DNA of 51,188 nt, from contig JAGCRY010000182.1 of assembly GCA_017964465.1 (NCBI GenBank), positions 1-51,188 of the forward strand, given 5' to 3'. The number at the start of each line of letters is the position of its first letter. Positions within the stretch are counted from its first letter, which is position 1. Source of the stretch: Bacteroidales bacterium. Its GTDB lineage: Bacteria > Bacteroidota > Bacteroidia > Bacteroidales > UBA3824. Under the pieces are notes generated by a model. The model saw only the letters and a list, made by a program, of their open reading frames with translations, made no database searches and had not been told where the DNA came from. Positions 18,912 to 28,343 of the stretch are shown piece after piece. Position numbers and translations under genes: made by a program.

Positions 18912-19709
18912 ATGTACGTTAAACCAAAGAAAAATTTAGGTCAGCATTTTCTGACGAGTGAAAAGATTGCGGCGCAGATTGCCGGTTCGATTAATTATCC
19001 GATTGATGAGGATAAGAAGGCGGGCTGTATAGAGATAGGTCCCGGCACTGGTATTCTCACAAAATACCTGATGCAGAATCCGCGTCTCGACCTCTCTGTC
19101 GTGGAGATTGATTCGGAGTCGGTGGAGTTTCTGGTTGCCAATTATCCTTCGTTGAGCATTGAACATAGGATTGTGGAGGGCGACTTCCTGCGTCTGGATT
19201 TGTGCAAGCATTTTCCTGGCGGCTTCCCGATTGTGTGTGGCAATTTCCCATATAATATTTCGAGTCAGATTTTTTTCCGCATACTCGATTATAAGGATGA
19301 AATCGTACAGGTTGTATGCATGATACAACGTGAAGTGGCTCAGCGTATTGCCAACCATGAAGGTACGAAGGAATACGGCATTTTGAGTGTCTTTTTGCAG
19401 GCGTATTATGATATTGAATATCTGTTTGGCGTTGACGAAACGGTCTTCAATCCGCCTCCAAAGGTCAAGAGCGCGGTCATCAGGCTTACTCGTAATGGTG
19501 TAAAACAGTTGCCATGCGACGAAAAACTGTTCCGCACGATCGTGAAGATGTCCTTCAATCAGCGTCGAAAGATGCTCCGCAATTCGTTAGCGCAGTTTTT
19601 CACAGGCAGTGAAGCCGAGGCGCGTTTCCTTACTATGCGTCCTGAACAGTTGTCTGTGAAGGATTTTGTGGAGTTGACTCAGATATTGTCGGCTAATCGT
19701 CAGTTGTAA
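18912..19709 (+). CDS. rsmA: 16S rRNA m6,2A dimethyltransferase
   Basis: KKNLGQHFL, EIGPGTG, GNFPYNIS, F.PPPKV.SAV. Confidence 0.97.
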   Translation: MYVKPKKNLGQHFLTSEKIAAQIAGSINYPIDEDKKAGCIEIGPGTGILTKYLMQNPRLDLSVVEIDSESVEFLVANYPSLSIEHRIVEGDFLRLDLCKHFPGGFPIVCGNFPYNISSQIFFRILDYKDEIVQVVCMIQREVAQRIANHEGTKEYGILSVFLQAYYDIEYLFGVDETVFNPPPKVKSAVIRLTRNGVKQLPCDEKLFRTIVKMSFNQRRKMLRNSLAQFFTGSEAEARFLTMRPEQLSVKDFVELTQILSANRQL

Positions 19710-19727
19710 TTGTTTTCGCGTCAAATG

Positions 19728-21710
19728 TCATTTGCGCTTGATGCTGATGATTTCGTCGCCGGTGTTGATGCCATGAACGACGTCCATGCCATCAGTCACC
19801 GTGCCGATGACTGACGAGCCGCCGTCTGAGAGTGCGTCAGGAGTGAGCATGATGAACCATTGTGTGGTGCATGAGTTGTTAAGCGCGGATGTGTTGAGTC
19901 CTACCGTGCCTTCTTCAAACTCGTTGTCATTGAGTTCCGATGGTATCATCACGGTTTTGTTGATGTCGAAGGATGACAGCGAGCCACGGTTTTCGACACG
20001 GGTCAAGTTTATGTTGTTGAATTGGGACTGATTGAAATATTCTTCGTCCACAAGTTTCATGAAATTTGACACGGCGATTGGCGCGTTGTTGACGTCAGTC
20101 TTTATGGTGATGTTGCCTTTTTTCGTGGCGACAATGATTTCGGCGTTTTGCTTTATGTTGCGGATGTATTCCCAGTCGGGAAGTTCCTCCGATGCCTGTG
20201 CAATATCTTTGATTTCTTGTCCAGAAACGACCTTGAGCGTGTTACAGAGTATCATGTATGTGTCGGCGTCGCGTGGCAGTGTGCATTTGCTTATTGCCTG
20301 GTTTATGAAATAGGTGTTCATGTACTCTTTCGCGGTCTCATGGTGTCTTGCCATGGTTTCAGCTGCCACAGCCACCATCTGTGGGTTGCCGTTTTGTATG
20401 GCGGTCTTGAAAAGAATCCAAAATTCAGATGTGAGGTTTACGCCGCTGGTTTGTTCAACTTCCTGTGCATATTTCTGAAAGTTTTCGTTTTCATACATGT
20501 TGACAAGTGTCCTTACTCCTTCTACGCCGATGAGCTCGATGTCATTGTTGTATAAGGAGTTATCCCTTACAAACGGGTAGCATGAAATGTCCGGTTCCAA
20601 AGCCCTCAACAGTGCGGCTTTTTCGTATATGTTTTGTGACGCCTCAAAACCCGATTTGATGCGTTGAGAGATGTTCTCTTTGTTTACAGAGTATTTGAGA
20701 GCGGCGGCAAGGAGCCGGGTTCTGGTCTGCCAGCCTGCCACGTCCCTCGAGTATTCAAGGTATTTGTTCGCGTCGGCGGGTATGCCACGGTTGTAGATGT
20801 ATTGGGCGGCGCGTGATGCTATCTTGTCATCGTATGACTTGAGTAGTTTTATGATGTATGGCTTACATTCTTCGTATGGATAGTTCTCAAATGCGGCTAT
20901 TGCGTTCATAACGATGCGGTAGTCGGAGTTTTCGTCTTCCACGATTGATTTTATGAGCGAGAACGCCCTTTCGTTGTGGCATTTTCCGAGGGCGAGCACA
21001 ATGTTGGTCTTGTTTGGGATGAGTTTTGCATTGCGGTATGCCGCAACAAATTCGTCTGTGTATAGGGAGAAGTCCGCGTCACACACTCCAAAATATTCGG
21101 CGGCGATTGTGCGGGCGTTTTCATGTATGAGCGTGTCACACATTATAGATATAGCAGCCTGCGATGTTGCGACGGAGTACATTCCACGTTTTGCAAACCA
21201 GCAGATGCTTCTTGCCTTGCCTGATACGAGTGTTACGTCAGAATGAGGGGCGTCGAAGTCGCGAACCATTTCAAAACCCTTTTCAGTGCCGCATTTGCCG
21301 AGCGCGACGAGTATCGCTGCCTGCACGTTTGAAGGCTGAGATTTGAAGTTGGCATCGAGGAGATATTTTTCAGCGGCGGGGTGCCGTGTCTGTCCGATAG
21401 CAAACACTGCAGCCTCACGAAGGTCAGTGTCGTTGTCCTTTAATAATGTGGCAAGCGGAACTATCGCCATGCTGTCCCTCATGGAGCCAACGGCGGAGAC
21501 AGCTGCTTTGCGATATTGTGGGTATTCGGCTGTAAAATATTTAACGATTTCGGCTGTGTTGCCTGCGCATCTTAGTTCGCATATCTTGCAGAGTGTGGGG
21601 TCGTTATAGATATTAGCATCCCCGGCGGCTGTGTCTTCCTCATGGTTCCACTGGCCGCAGGAACATATTAATATGCTCATTGTCAATGCGTACAAAACTA
21701 AAACCTTCAT
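19728..21710 (-). CDS. HEAT-repeat lipoprotein with C-terminal cyclophilin-like domain
   Basis: Start at ATG 21710 (MKVLVLYALTMSILICSC). HEAT repeats (LREAAVFAIGQ). C-terminal TKKGNI...AP.AV.NF and QWFI...IGTVTDGMDVV. Confidence 0.85.
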   Translation of the reverse strand: MKVLVLYALTMSILICSCGQWNHEEDTAAGDANIYNDPTLCKICELRCAGNTAEIVKYFTAEYPQYRKAAVSAVGSMRDSMAIVPLATLLKDNDTDLREAAVFAIGQTRHPAAEKYLLDANFKSQPSNVQAAILVALGKCGTEKGFEMVRDFDAPHSDVTLVSGKARSICWFAKRGMYSVATSQAAISIMCDTLIHENARTIAAEYFGVCDADFSLYTDEFVAAYRNAKLIPNKTNIVLALGKCHNERAFSLIKSIVEDENSDYRIVMNAIAAFENYPYEECKPYIIKLLKSYDDKIASRAAQYIYNRGIPADANKYLEYSRDVAGWQTRTRLLAAALKYSVNKENISQRIKSGFEASQNIYEKAALLRALEPDISCYPFVRDNSLYNNDIELIGVEGVRTLVNMYENENFQKYAQEVEQTSGVNLTSEFWILFKTAIQNGNPQMVAVAAETMARHHETAKEYMNTYFINQAISKCTLPRDADTYMILCNTLKVVSGQEIKDIAQASEELPDWEYIRNIKQNAEIIVATKKGNITIKTDVNNAPIAVSNFMKLVDEEYFNQSQFNNINLTRVENRGSLSSFDINKTVMIPSELNDNEFEEGTVGLNTSALNNSCTTQWFIMLTPDALSDGGSSVIGTVTDGMDVVHGINTGDEIISIKRK

Positions 21711-21795
21711 GATTGGATATGGTTTTTGATAATTGCTTGTAAGCATAGGTAGCAATAAGTGTTCCAAATTTCGACTGCAAGGTGATGCTTTATTA

Positions 21796-22407
21796 TTATT
21801 TGACTTTGATTTCTAATAGTTCGCGTCCTTCAATGCCTGCGCTGATGTGGTCGCCGATTTTTAGAGGTCCGACACCTTCGGGCGTACCAGTGAAGATTAG
21901 ATCGCCGGTTTTCAGCAGCACGTATTGTGAAATGTATGATACAATTTTGTCAAAAGTGTGTATCATGTCGCTTGTATTGCCGCGTTGTGCGGGTTTGCCG
22001 TTGATGTTGAGGAAAAAGTTTATGTTGTTGAGGTCTTGGAAGTCAGTTTTTGATACGAAGTCTCCGAGTGGGGCGGATGAGTCAAAGCCTTTTGACAAGA
22101 ACCACGGCTGTCCTTTCTCTCGGCTGCGTCGCTGTATGTCGCGGGCTGTGATGTCCAGACCTACAGTTATTTCGTCATAATAGCGGTTGGCGTATTTGAT
22201 GTCTATCGCTTTGCCCATCTTACAGATTTTCAGTACTATTTCGGTCTCATACTCAATCTGTTTTGAAAATTCGGGTATGTAAAAGTCATAATGGTTGCGC
22301 AGAAGCGATGTCTCCGGCTTTATGAAAAACACTGGCTCCTCTTCTGGCTCCATTCCGAACTCTTGGCAGTGTTTGCGGTAGTTGCCTGCTATGCAAAAAA
22401 TTTTCAT
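21796..22407 (-). CDS. Fumarylacetoacetate hydrolase family protein
   Basis: MKIFCIAGNY, PVFFIKP, DITARDIQ, GDLIFTGTPEGVG. Confidence 0.93.
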   Translation of the reverse strand: MKIFCIAGNYRKHCQEFGMEPEEEPVFFIKPETSLLRNHYDFYIPEFSKQIEYETEIVLKICKMGKAIDIKYANRYYDEITVGLDITARDIQRRSREKGQPWFLSKGFDSSAPLGDFVSKTDFQDLNNINFFLNINGKPAQRGNTSDMIHTFDKIVSYISQYVLLKTGDLIFTGTPEGVGPLKIGDHISAGIEGRELLEIKVK

Positions 22408-22631
22408 TTGTTGTCGTTTTATGGGTTTGTGTGGGTGCAAATTTACAATTTAATGAGCAAAAAACGTAAATTATTCTTGTAAAAATTGATTATTTCACCA
22501 AAAATTCTTACCTTTGGGCGTTGAATTTTTTCAAAATCATCCGCAATTTTTTTGTGATTTCGGGCATTTCGGTATGTATATTGCAAAATAAAGGCGGAGA
22601 TGTTTCCCATAAATCGGGAACGTATAAGGCA

Positions 22632-25600
22632 ATGAAGAAAATTACATTATCACATTTTTTAGTCAAGAACTTTGAGCTGAAGCAGCAGGAAGTACCAATT
22701 TTCCTGATGCTGTTTCTTCATTCCTTTTTCCTTGGTCTCGCCGGCGCATTCTATTTCACCCCCGCAAACTCCGAGTTCATCAAACATTTCGGCAGCGAGC
22801 AGTTGCCATACGCTTATATCGCTTCGGGCATTGGCGGCTATTTGTTCACGCAGATTTATTCATGGATGCAAAAGCGCATCGACAGCCGCACACTCTTCAT
22901 GGGCGCGTTGCTTTTCATGACACTCGTGACGCTTGCATCTCCATTGATGCTTGGTCATGTGGATTCACGATGGCTGAGTATGTTTGTGTTTATATGGGCG
23001 TGGCCGTTTCTGTCTATGGTGGGTATAGAATGTGGCGCGTTGTCCTTGAAGTTCCTCAATCTTGTGCAGGTGAAGAGGATTTTTGCGCTGTTCAGTATTG
23101 GCGGCGTCCTTGCGGCGATGATGGGCTACCTCATTATTCCAGCATTGAATAAGGTTATTTCCCATTCATATACATTGTTGTATATCAGTGCTTTTGGATT
23201 CATCGTCGGTATAGGAACTCTCGTCATACTTTATAAAAAGTATCCGCAGAAACTCGCCGAGGAGCGTATGCAACTCAAAAAGAAAAAACAGGAAGGCGGC
23301 GGCAAACTGCTTTCCCTCAAACCTTCAAACGACGGTACTGGATTTTTGGATTTGTTGAAAAAGAGTTATTTCAGATACATATTTATTTGTGCAACTCTGT
23401 CTATGACAATTATTTATGTCACTGACTTCTCGTTCCTTTCGACCGTCAAGATTCAGATTGCGCCCGAAAATACTCCACAGTTCCTTACACTCGTGTATGG
23501 TGGTTTGAAAATCGGTGAGCTTCTCTTGTCGTTCTTCTCGGCAAGGATTCTCAGTAGATATGGCGTCAAACTCGGTCTTCTCATTTTGCCAATAAGCATG
23601 GTCGTCGTGACCACTTTGGCGGCGATTATTGGTCTGACATCTGTGGAAAGTATTGTATTCTTGATACTTATCACGCTTAACAAGTCACAAGAGCGTATAT
23701 TACGCCGTGGACTTGATGACCCTGCGTTCAATATTCTCTATCAGCCTTTGCCTGACGAGGAAAAGTCCGCCGTGCAGACAAAGGTCGGTGTCGTTCAACA
23801 GTTTTCCACTGGCATTGCTGGCGTTGTGTTGCTCGCGGTCAACACCATCATCACTCTTCGTGGCGAATATGATTTCAAGTATTTCATGCTATTCTTCATC
23901 CCCTTGCTTGTGGCTTGGGTGATAAGCAGTATGAAACTGTATGAAAGCTATAAGGCAACCATCAATAAGATTTCCAAGGACTTCAGCAAGGACAGCCGTC
24001 GTGACCTCAATAAGAGCATGTATGGACCTGAGTTGTTGCGCAAATATATAAAGGTAACGAATCCCAATGTTCAGCGGATGGCGGTCATGATTTTGTCGGA
24101 AACCGCTCCGAGGAGCCTTGAGAGTTATGCTTCCCAACTTTTGGAATCCAATGACGAGGTTGTTGAAAAAGCCGTGTTGCGCAATATCGACCCAACGTGG
24201 CGTTCAAGGCTTGCAACAGCCTGTGGTACGTTGTTCCAGAACACCCGAAACCCTGAAATTCGTCTGCTCGCCGAGCGTGCCCAAAACTATCTTTCATTCA
24301 CTGGCCTTAGCAAAAAGCCTGAAAAAGAGGAGATTGACGCTCTTGTGTCAAGCCAGTATGTTTCTGACAAGATTAAGCTCATCAAATATATGTTCAAAAA
24401 CGATTCTCTCCTCAATGAAGATGTGATTTCCACGCTTTTGGACAATACCGACCGCAATGTAAAGTCGGCTGCGATAACTCTTGCGGGAAATCTCCGCACG
24501 CCAAAGATGATTAATAAACTCATCTCACTTCTCGAATCGCCCGAATATTATAACACAGCGGAAAATGTTTTGCTTGACATTGGTGACAAAGTGCTTCCTG
24601 CTCTCAATGATTATTTTGAGAAAAGTATGCAACCTCCGGCTATATTGCTCAGAATCATTGAGTTGTATGCAAAGTTTGGTTCCGCACCGGCAAGGGCTTC
24701 GTTGATGAACAATATTAACTATCCTAATCGCGACATTCAGCAGGCGGTTATCAATGCGCTGTATTTCTGTAAGTATCAGGCTACAGACGAGAAGGACATC
24801 ATGACCATCAAGCAGAAAATCAATGAGACTGTGGAAAACATAGTTTGGGTTATGGCGTGTCTGAACGATGTCGAGGATGAAAAAAATACTCTCAAACTTG
24901 TCCAAAGTCTTGATCTTGAGCGCACAAACAGCATAGAGAACCTCTTTAACTTGTTGAGCCTCCTTAATGAGCCGCGCCTTATAAACTTGATTCAAAAGAC
25001 TATCATCGGCAAGAACAACATTTTTGCCGTGGAAATCATAGACAACAACTTCCCGCAGGAAATCAAGCAGTTAATAAAGCCGTTGTTCGACGACCTTTCT
25101 ACTGTTCAAAAAATCAAGAAACTGGGCGACTTCTTCCCGCAGCGTGAAATGACACTCGAAGAAAGGCTGAAGGACATCATCAAGCGTGATTATTCAAAAC
25201 TTGATACATGGACTGTGGCTCGTGCGGTTGAACTTCTTGGAAAACAGCACAAAGCTAAGGCTTCGGACGATGTACAGTCGAGCGCGATAGATTATAAAGA
25301 CCTCAAACTTTGGGTGAAATCCAACATCAAGGATCTTCTCGCGATGATTCGTAAGAGTGAAATGCCAGACGAAATGTTCCTTTGCCTGTATCACACAGAC
25401 GAAATGGTGTATTCAACGGCGGCTAAAATAATCTATGAAGAAAACCCGCTTAAATGTTCTGACTATCTTTCCAACATGTCTGCAGACAAGCAGTTGTTGT
25501 ATGTTGCGCTGAAGGCGGGAAAGCCTACTCTTTCCGACAAAATCAAGCACCTCAAAAAACATCCGCTCTTTTTCAATGTGCCGGAATATTTGCTTGCCAA

Positions 25601-25955
25601 GCTTGCCAAGCTGATAGAGATACATTCCTTGAAGAAGGACGATGAAATTAATGCTGACGACGAGACGGTGTATATTGTTGAGAAAGGTATGATGGCTTGC
25701 AAAGTTGCGATTGAGGGTGATGTCTTTTTCGTAAAGAATGATATCATAACCAAAGGCTTCAATCTCGACCACGATGTAAAGACTTTGTACGCAAAGAAAG
25801 ATTCTGAGGTGTTGTCAATCAACAGGTTCGAGTATTTCAACACTCTTATCCGTGAGACTGATATTATTCCATATATCCTCGATGAAAATAACCGTGCAAT
25901 GATGCGTGATGCTAATGAACCTCAACAGCAACAGCATCAGGTTGCCGCAGAATAA
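22632..25955 (+). CDS. Npt/TLC-like MFS transporter fused to HEAT repeats and cNMP-binding-like domain
   Basis: About 12 TM N-terminal domain (EQLPYAYI, ILYQPLP), helical repeats, C-terminal LKKHPLFFNVPEYLL..YIVEKG. Start set at MKKITL. Confidence 0.8.
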   Translation: MKKITLSHFLVKNFELKQQEVPIFLMLFLHSFFLGLAGAFYFTPANSEFIKHFGSEQLPYAYIASGIGGYLFTQIYSWMQKRIDSRTLFMGALLFMTLVTLASPLMLGHVDSRWLSMFVFIWAWPFLSMVGIECGALSLKFLNLVQVKRIFALFSIGGVLAAMMGYLIIPALNKVISHSYTLLYISAFGFIVGIGTLVILYKKYPQKLAEERMQLKKKKQEGGGKLLSLKPSNDGTGFLDLLKKSYFRYIFICATLSMTIIYVTDFSFLSTVKIQIAPENTPQFLTLVYGGLKIGELLLSFFSARILSRYGVKLGLLILPISMVVVTTLAAIIGLTSVESIVFLILITLNKSQERILRRGLDDPAFNILYQPLPDEEKSAVQTKVGVVQQFSTGIAGVVLLAVNTIITLRGEYDFKYFMLFFIPLLVAWVISSMKLYESYKATINKISKDFSKDSRRDLNKSMYGPELLRKYIKVTNPNVQRMAVMILSETAPRSLESYASQLLESNDEVVEKAVLRNIDPTWRSRLATACGTLFQNTRNPEIRLLAERAQNYLSFTGLSKKPEKEEIDALVSSQYVSDKIKLIKYMFKNDSLLNEDVISTLLDNTDRNVKSAAITLAGNLRTPKMINKLISLLESPEYYNTAENVLLDIGDKVLPALNDYFEKSMQPPAILLRIIELYAKFGSAPARASLMNNINYPNRDIQQAVINALYFCKYQATDEKDIMTIKQKINETVENIVWVMACLNDVEDEKNTLKLVQSLDLERTNSIENLFNLLSLLNEPRLINLIQKTIIGKNNIFAVEIIDNNFPQEIKQLIKPLFDDLSTVQKIKKLGDFFPQREMTLEERLKDIIKRDYSKLDTWTVARAVELLGKQHKAKASDDVQSSAIDYKDLKLWVKSNIKDLLAMIRKSEMPDEMFLCLYHTDEMVYSTAAKIIYEENPLKCSDYLSNMSADKQLLYVALKAGKPTLSDKIKHLKKHPLFFNVPEYLLAKLAKLIEIHSLKKDDEINADDETVYIVEKGMMACKVAIEGDVFFVKNDIITKGFNLDHDVKTLYAKKDSEVLSINRFEYFNTLIRETDIIPYILDENNRAMMRDANEPQQQQHQVAAE

Positions 25956-25956
25956 C

Positions 25957-25995
25957 AAAAAAGGCAGGAGTTTTTTTGAAGCTCCTGCCTTTTTT
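25957..25995. terminator. Bidirectional terminator
   Basis: aaaaaaggcaggag...ctcctgcctttttt between convergent genes. Confidence 0.88.
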
Positions 25996-26051
25996 ATTGT
26001 TGACAACGAACTTGTTTCTCTAAGCCTTCCATTGTCAATTTGTGTTACTTT

Positions 26052-27119
26052 TTACTTCGTCTCCAAGATGCATTTTTCGATGTAGTCACCAACTTCCTTA
26101 GTGCCGTAGGCTTTGCCTTCAGCGATGTCTTCTGTGCGGATGTTGTCGGCGAGAGCCTTGTTTACTGCATTGGTGACAATCTGAGCCTCCTCTTTGAGAC
26201 CGAAGCCGGTTTCCAGGAGCATTGCAGCGGAGAGAATTGCAGCCATCGGGTTTGCGATGTTCTTGCCAGCTGCCTGCGGATATGAACCGTGGATAGGCTC
26301 GAAAAGCGATGTGTAAACACCAATTGACGCACTCGGCATCAAGCCCATGGAGCCAGTGATTACGGATGCTTCGTCGGTAAGGATGTCGCCGAATGTGTTT
26401 TCTGTTACCATCACGTCAAAATCTTTAGGCGTGGTGACGATGCGCATTGAGGCGTTGTCCACGAACATGTATGAAGTCTCCACTTCCGGATATTCGGGAG
26501 CCATCTTTTGAGCAACTTCCCTCCAAAGGCGAGATGAAGCGAGGACGTTTGCCTTGTCGATGACGAGGAGTTTCTTGCGGCGTGTCATTGCGAGTTCGTA
26601 GGCACATTTGAGGATGCGCTCGATTTCATAAACCGAATAGATGTTGGTGTCAAAAGCGGTCTTGCCGTCTTCCGTGCGACCCTTCATGCCGAAATACATG
26701 CCGCCTGTGAGTTCGCGTACAACCGTGAAGTCAGCGCCTTCCACGACTTCCTTTTTGATGGGCGATTTGTGGATGAGCGCGGGGAATGTGTATATCGGGC
26801 GGATGTTGGCGTAGAGTTCGAGACGTTTCCTGATAGCGAGGAGACCTTGCTCGGGACGCACTTTGGCGTTTGGATCGTTGTCATACTTGGGGCTGCCGAA
26901 TGCGCCGAAGAGTACAGCGTCGGATTTCTTGCACACGTCTATTGTTTCGTCGGGCATCGGGTTGCCTACTGCGTCGATAGCAGCCGCGCCGCCGAGTACC
27001 GGCACGTATGTGAATTTGTGTCCCCTGATTTTTTCAATGGCTTGGAGGGCTTTCTGTGCCTCCGCGATTACTTCTGGGCCAATTCCGTCGCCAGGAAGTA
27101 CTGCAATTTGTTTGTTCAT
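26052..27119 (-). CDS. leuB: 3-isopropylmalate dehydrogenase
   Basis: [45 protein letters not shown]. Confidence 0.98.
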   Translation of the reverse strand: MNKQIAVLPGDGIGPEVIAEAQKALQAIEKIRGHKFTYVPVLGGAAAIDAVGNPMPDETIDVCKKSDAVLFGAFGSPKYDNDPNAKVRPEQGLLAIRKRLELYANIRPIYTFPALIHKSPIKKEVVEGADFTVVRELTGGMYFGMKGRTEDGKTAFDTNIYSVYEIERILKCAYELAMTRRKKLLVIDKANVLASSRLWREVAQKMAPEYPEVETSYMFVDNASMRIVTTPKDFDVMVTENTFGDILTDEASVITGSMGLMPSASIGVYTSLFEPIHGSYPQAAGKNIANPMAAILSAAMLLETGFGLKEEAQIVTNAVNKALADNIRTEDIAEGKAYGTKEVGDYIEKCILETK

Positions 27120-27240
27120 TTTATTTATGTTATGTTCTGTTGATGTTTATATTATTTCAATTTGCAAAATTAGTTTTAATTTTTTTTCGTGCCAAAAAAA
27201 ATTGTAATTTTGCATTCCTATTTATGTCAAGAATTTATAT

Positions 27241-28272
27241 ATGGAAGAACGTCACCATACCGCACTCTTAATTGTCAACTATGGCACTCCCGACAGCGCA
27301 AGCCGCCGGGACGTGGCTCGTTATCTCAGGCAATTGCTCGACAGCAATCATGTCATGACCATGAACACTGTCGGGCGTAAAATACTTGTCCACTGCATCA
27401 TCGCGCCGTCACGTTCCAAAAAGTCATCAAAAATGTACCAGCGACTTGCCGCTTCTTGTGGGGGCGAGATGCCGCTGAAAAAATATACAAATGATTTTGC
27501 TGACAAGGTTCAACAGAAATTAGGCGACCGTGTCGATGTATTTGTCGCCATGACAGCCGGTTACGCGCTTATGAAGGATGTGATTGGAGATATTCTAAAA
27601 GCGAATTATCATAGGATAGTCGTTGCGCCTATGTTCCCACAATATACAGAATCTACATGGGGAAAAGTTCTTGAAGACCTCAATAGCAGTCTTAGCGGAC
27701 GGCTTAATGTTCCGCCTATCAGTGTCATTGAACCGTATTACGACAGCGAGTATTTCGTGGACGCGATGTGTGGGTTGATTAATGAAAATATTTCGCAAAT
27801 GTCTGATATTGAGAAGTTTGTGTTCTCATATCATGGCATACCAATAAAGCATACTCATTTGGCGCATGAAGGCAAGACGTGTGAGGAGCTTGGCTGTGCA
27901 GATGCTGTAACTAATGAAAACAGAAGGTGTTATCTCGCCCAATGTCATCATCAGACAAGATTGTTGGCATCTAAACTCGGCATCTCGCCTGAAAAATGTC
28001 TCACAACATTCCAAAGCCGCCTTACGGAGCGTTGGATTCAGCCATTCACAGATACTGAAATCAGGCGTCTTGCGCAAGATGGTGTGAAAAATATCGCTGT
28101 CATTACGCCGTCGTTCACTGTGGATTGTCTCGAGACCATAATTGAGATTGGTGGTACATTGCGTGATACATTCATGCAATATGGTGGGCAGAAGTTTGTC
28201 ACGGTGCCGTGCCTCAATGCGTCTGATATATGGATAGATAATTTCTGCAAAATATTGGAAAAAAGTCTGTAA
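27241..28272 (+). CDS. hemH: Ferrochelatase
   Basis: VNYGTP, PMFPQY, FSYHGIP, FQSR, F.VDCLET, VPCLN. Confidence 0.95.
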   Translation: MEERHHTALLIVNYGTPDSASRRDVARYLRQLLDSNHVMTMNTVGRKILVHCIIAPSRSKKSSKMYQRLAASCGGEMPLKKYTNDFADKVQQKLGDRVDVFVAMTAGYALMKDVIGDILKANYHRIVVAPMFPQYTESTWGKVLEDLNSSLSGRLNVPPISVIEPYYDSEYFVDAMCGLINENISQMSDIEKFVFSYHGIPIKHTHLAHEGKTCEELGCADAVTNENRRCYLAQCHHQTRLLASKLGISPEKCLTTFQSRLTERWIQPFTDTEIRRLAQDGVKNIAVITPSFTVDCLETIIEIGGTLRDTFMQYGGQKFVTVPCLNASDIWIDNFCKILEKSL

Positions 28273-28343
28273 AAAATGATAGGATTTCCGCACGGTTTTT
28301 GTATCTTTGACCATTGTATTTTTGGCGCAAATTTTCAAACCAA

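Noticed and set aside
27241-28272. Ferrochelatase in a probable anaerobe as an anomaly
   Set aside because: hemH without the rest of the haem pathway is known in Bacteroidales.
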